Part shown: piece by piece, positions 62,050 through 64,000 of the stretch
Layout of the letters: every line of letters starts with the position of its first letter
Position numbering within the stretch: the first letter of the stretch is position 1
Assembly (NCBI RefSeq): GCF_009914755.1
Contig: NC_060928.1
DNA: 64,000 bases
Direction: 5' to 3' (one strand)
Source: the human T2T-CHM13v2.0 reference genome, Homo sapiens
Position numbers and translations under genes: made by a program
Notes under the pieces: model-generated
What the model was told of the DNA's origin: nothing
Database searches by the model: none
Seen by the model: only the letters and a program-made list of their open reading frames with translations

Positions 62050-62620
62050 TTAACAAACTTTTATAAATGAAACATTTATGAAAGATACTTTATCATTCAC
62101 TACAGGTGATGTAAAGATGAGTAGACTTTAATATCTGTTCTCCAGGCCCGTATACTCTAGCGGTCATAGTAACCAGATAACACAAATAAGAATATTGGAA
62201 AATGGCTTCAAAAGGTACAAGACTCTGTCAAAATTCAAAGAAATAAAATAGACTTCTATCATCTTGGAGGAAGACAGCATTTAAGTCAGGTTTTAAACAT
62301 AAGTAAAAACTGAGCACAACGAGAGGGTATTAAAATAGTGAGGAGGGAAACCACACGGTGTGTTCTAGGAATGATGAGCGAGTCAGATTGGCCGCATCAT
62401 TTAACGTATATCGAGAAACAGTGTGAGAAAAGACTGCAATATATAGCTTGTGGAGAAATTTGAATAATCAGATCAAATTATAAGAAATTATTGGCCATAA
62501 TACGGAGTTGTCAAAACTTTCTGAGTAGGGAAATTTAATAAAATTTCTTAGGTTTAAGATTATTAATCTGGCAGATATGTATAAAAGGAATTTGAGAACA
62601 AATTTACTGGAAATAATTAA
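62050..62620 (-). mobile_element. L2 fragments
   Basis: cttggaggaagacagcatttaagtcaggtttt; ggtttaagattattaatctggcag. Confidence 0.5.
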
Positions 62621-63259
62621 AAGTACTGACGAAAGGTCCACGAAATAGAGGAGAGGGGTAAGAGTAGTTTAATGTAATGGCCTGGGAGAGAGAAATACTT
62701 TGGACTTAAGCATTATGGTGTGTAGAAATGAACATCTTCTCTTTACAAAAATGTTTGCTTCACTTTCCATAGCTTAAAATTTTAGCTAAGAAGAAGCTGT
62801 CTGGCAGGGAATTTATGTTTTAAATCCCTTTTCTGTAAGAGATAGCTAAAAGTTTAAAGATAGCTAAAACCATGCAAGGGGACATGACAGTAAAATTATT
62901 AGGATGGATGAGAAAGAAGCAAATTTACCTTCTCCAACTTCTTTTCCTGTAAGTGCAGGAACTCAGAGGGTCAGGGATGTTTGAAATTAAAGATGGGAGA
63001 AGCCCTGTTTCCTAACTTACCACATGGAAGGGTAACTCCTGAAAACCTGCAAAAAGAATGAAGTGTTATGTTACCAAATCTTTCTCTCTCTAAGGTTTGG
63101 GGTTTTTGCAACTAGCCTTGCCCTGTTTACTAACATTGATACCACCTACAGCACCCTGCATATATTTTATTATTTTAGTGTTTAAGCAATAGGCACGAAG
63201 CATTCTTTTCTGTTATATAGTAAAAGGAATTAGGGCTCCTTAGAAAAATGCTGATGTTA

Positions 63260-63682
63260 GGCATAAGGCCGAATATCTACAAGATGAATCTGGAGCATCT
63301 TCTGGCATCAGAGAGTGAGGAAGTACTCAACATAGTCACTCCCACACACACGGAGGGAATATATCAAAAGAACACTGAAGCCAACTGAAAGAATTCCCAA
63401 AAGTCCAATCTACAATACACTGAGCAACAAAATAAATTTAAAAGTATTAGATTATAACCCAAAGTAAAAAATAAATATCCATGAACCCATATTAATATAA
63501 ATAAATAAGCAAATGGATAAAAATGCAGAAGAATTCCAAATGGTGTATGTAGATAACTTCACCCTCAAAAAGCTGGAGCGTAAATGTCCACTTTTTAAGT
63601 GTGTGGATAAGTGGCTTACCTCCAAAAAGTATAGAATAGAAAGGCAGAAAAAAATAGTAACTTAATGGTGAAGAAACCTCAC
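63260..63682 (+). mobile_element. L1MC-like 3'UTR fragment
   Basis: caagatgaatctggagcatcttctggcatcagagagt..agtattagattataacccaaagt. Confidence 0.75.
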
Positions 63683-64000
63683 TGATATGGCTTGGCTGTG
63701 TCCCCACCCAAATCTCATCTTGAATTGTAGCTCCCATAATTTCCACGTGTCATGGGAGGGACCCAGTGAGAGGTAATTGAATCATGGGGGCAGGTATTTG
63801 CCATGATTTTCTCATGATAGTGAATAAGTGTCACAAAATCTGATGGTTTTATAGAGGAGAGTTCCCCTGCACATGCTGTCTTGCCTGCCACCATGTAAGA
63901 ACATGACTTTGCACCTTCTTGCCTTCTGCCATGATGGTGAGGCCTCCCCAGCCACATGGAACTGTAAATCAATTAAATATCTTTCCTTTATAAATTACCC
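63683..64000 (+). mobile_element. THE1 (B/C-like) LTR, runs off the window end
   Basis: tgatatggcttggctgtgtccccacccaaatctcatcttgaattgtagctccc..gaggcctccccagcc. Confidence 0.93.

Overview
Primate (most likely human) AT-rich intergenic or deep-intronic DNA made up mostly of transposable elements. I find no supportable host protein-coding gene, RNA gene or CRISPR array. The longer ORFs are L1 ORF2 remnants or Alu/LTR read-through. Main content: a two-LTR MER4A1/MER4-int provirus inside an old L1 (22391-29900); an L1PA4-like copy nested in an L1PB (35846-41914); an ERVL gag-pro-pol relic with an LTR16-type LTR (about 4111-6660); two 5'-inverted L1s; about 15 Alus or Alu fragments; MaLR/ERV solo LTRs; Tigger/MER20/MADE1 DNA transposons; and L2/MIR relics. 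I see no new multi-gene system. The most unusual objects are mechanistic fossils: a spliced, tail-less L1 5'UTR retrocopy flanked by a target-site duplication (TSD) at 33007-33343, a 47-bp insertion apparently templated from a neighbouring MSTB LTR (30542-30588), a three-monomer Alu inside one TSD, and several local duplications. Subfamily names come from recalled consensus sequences, not a database run; old-element boundaries are approximate.
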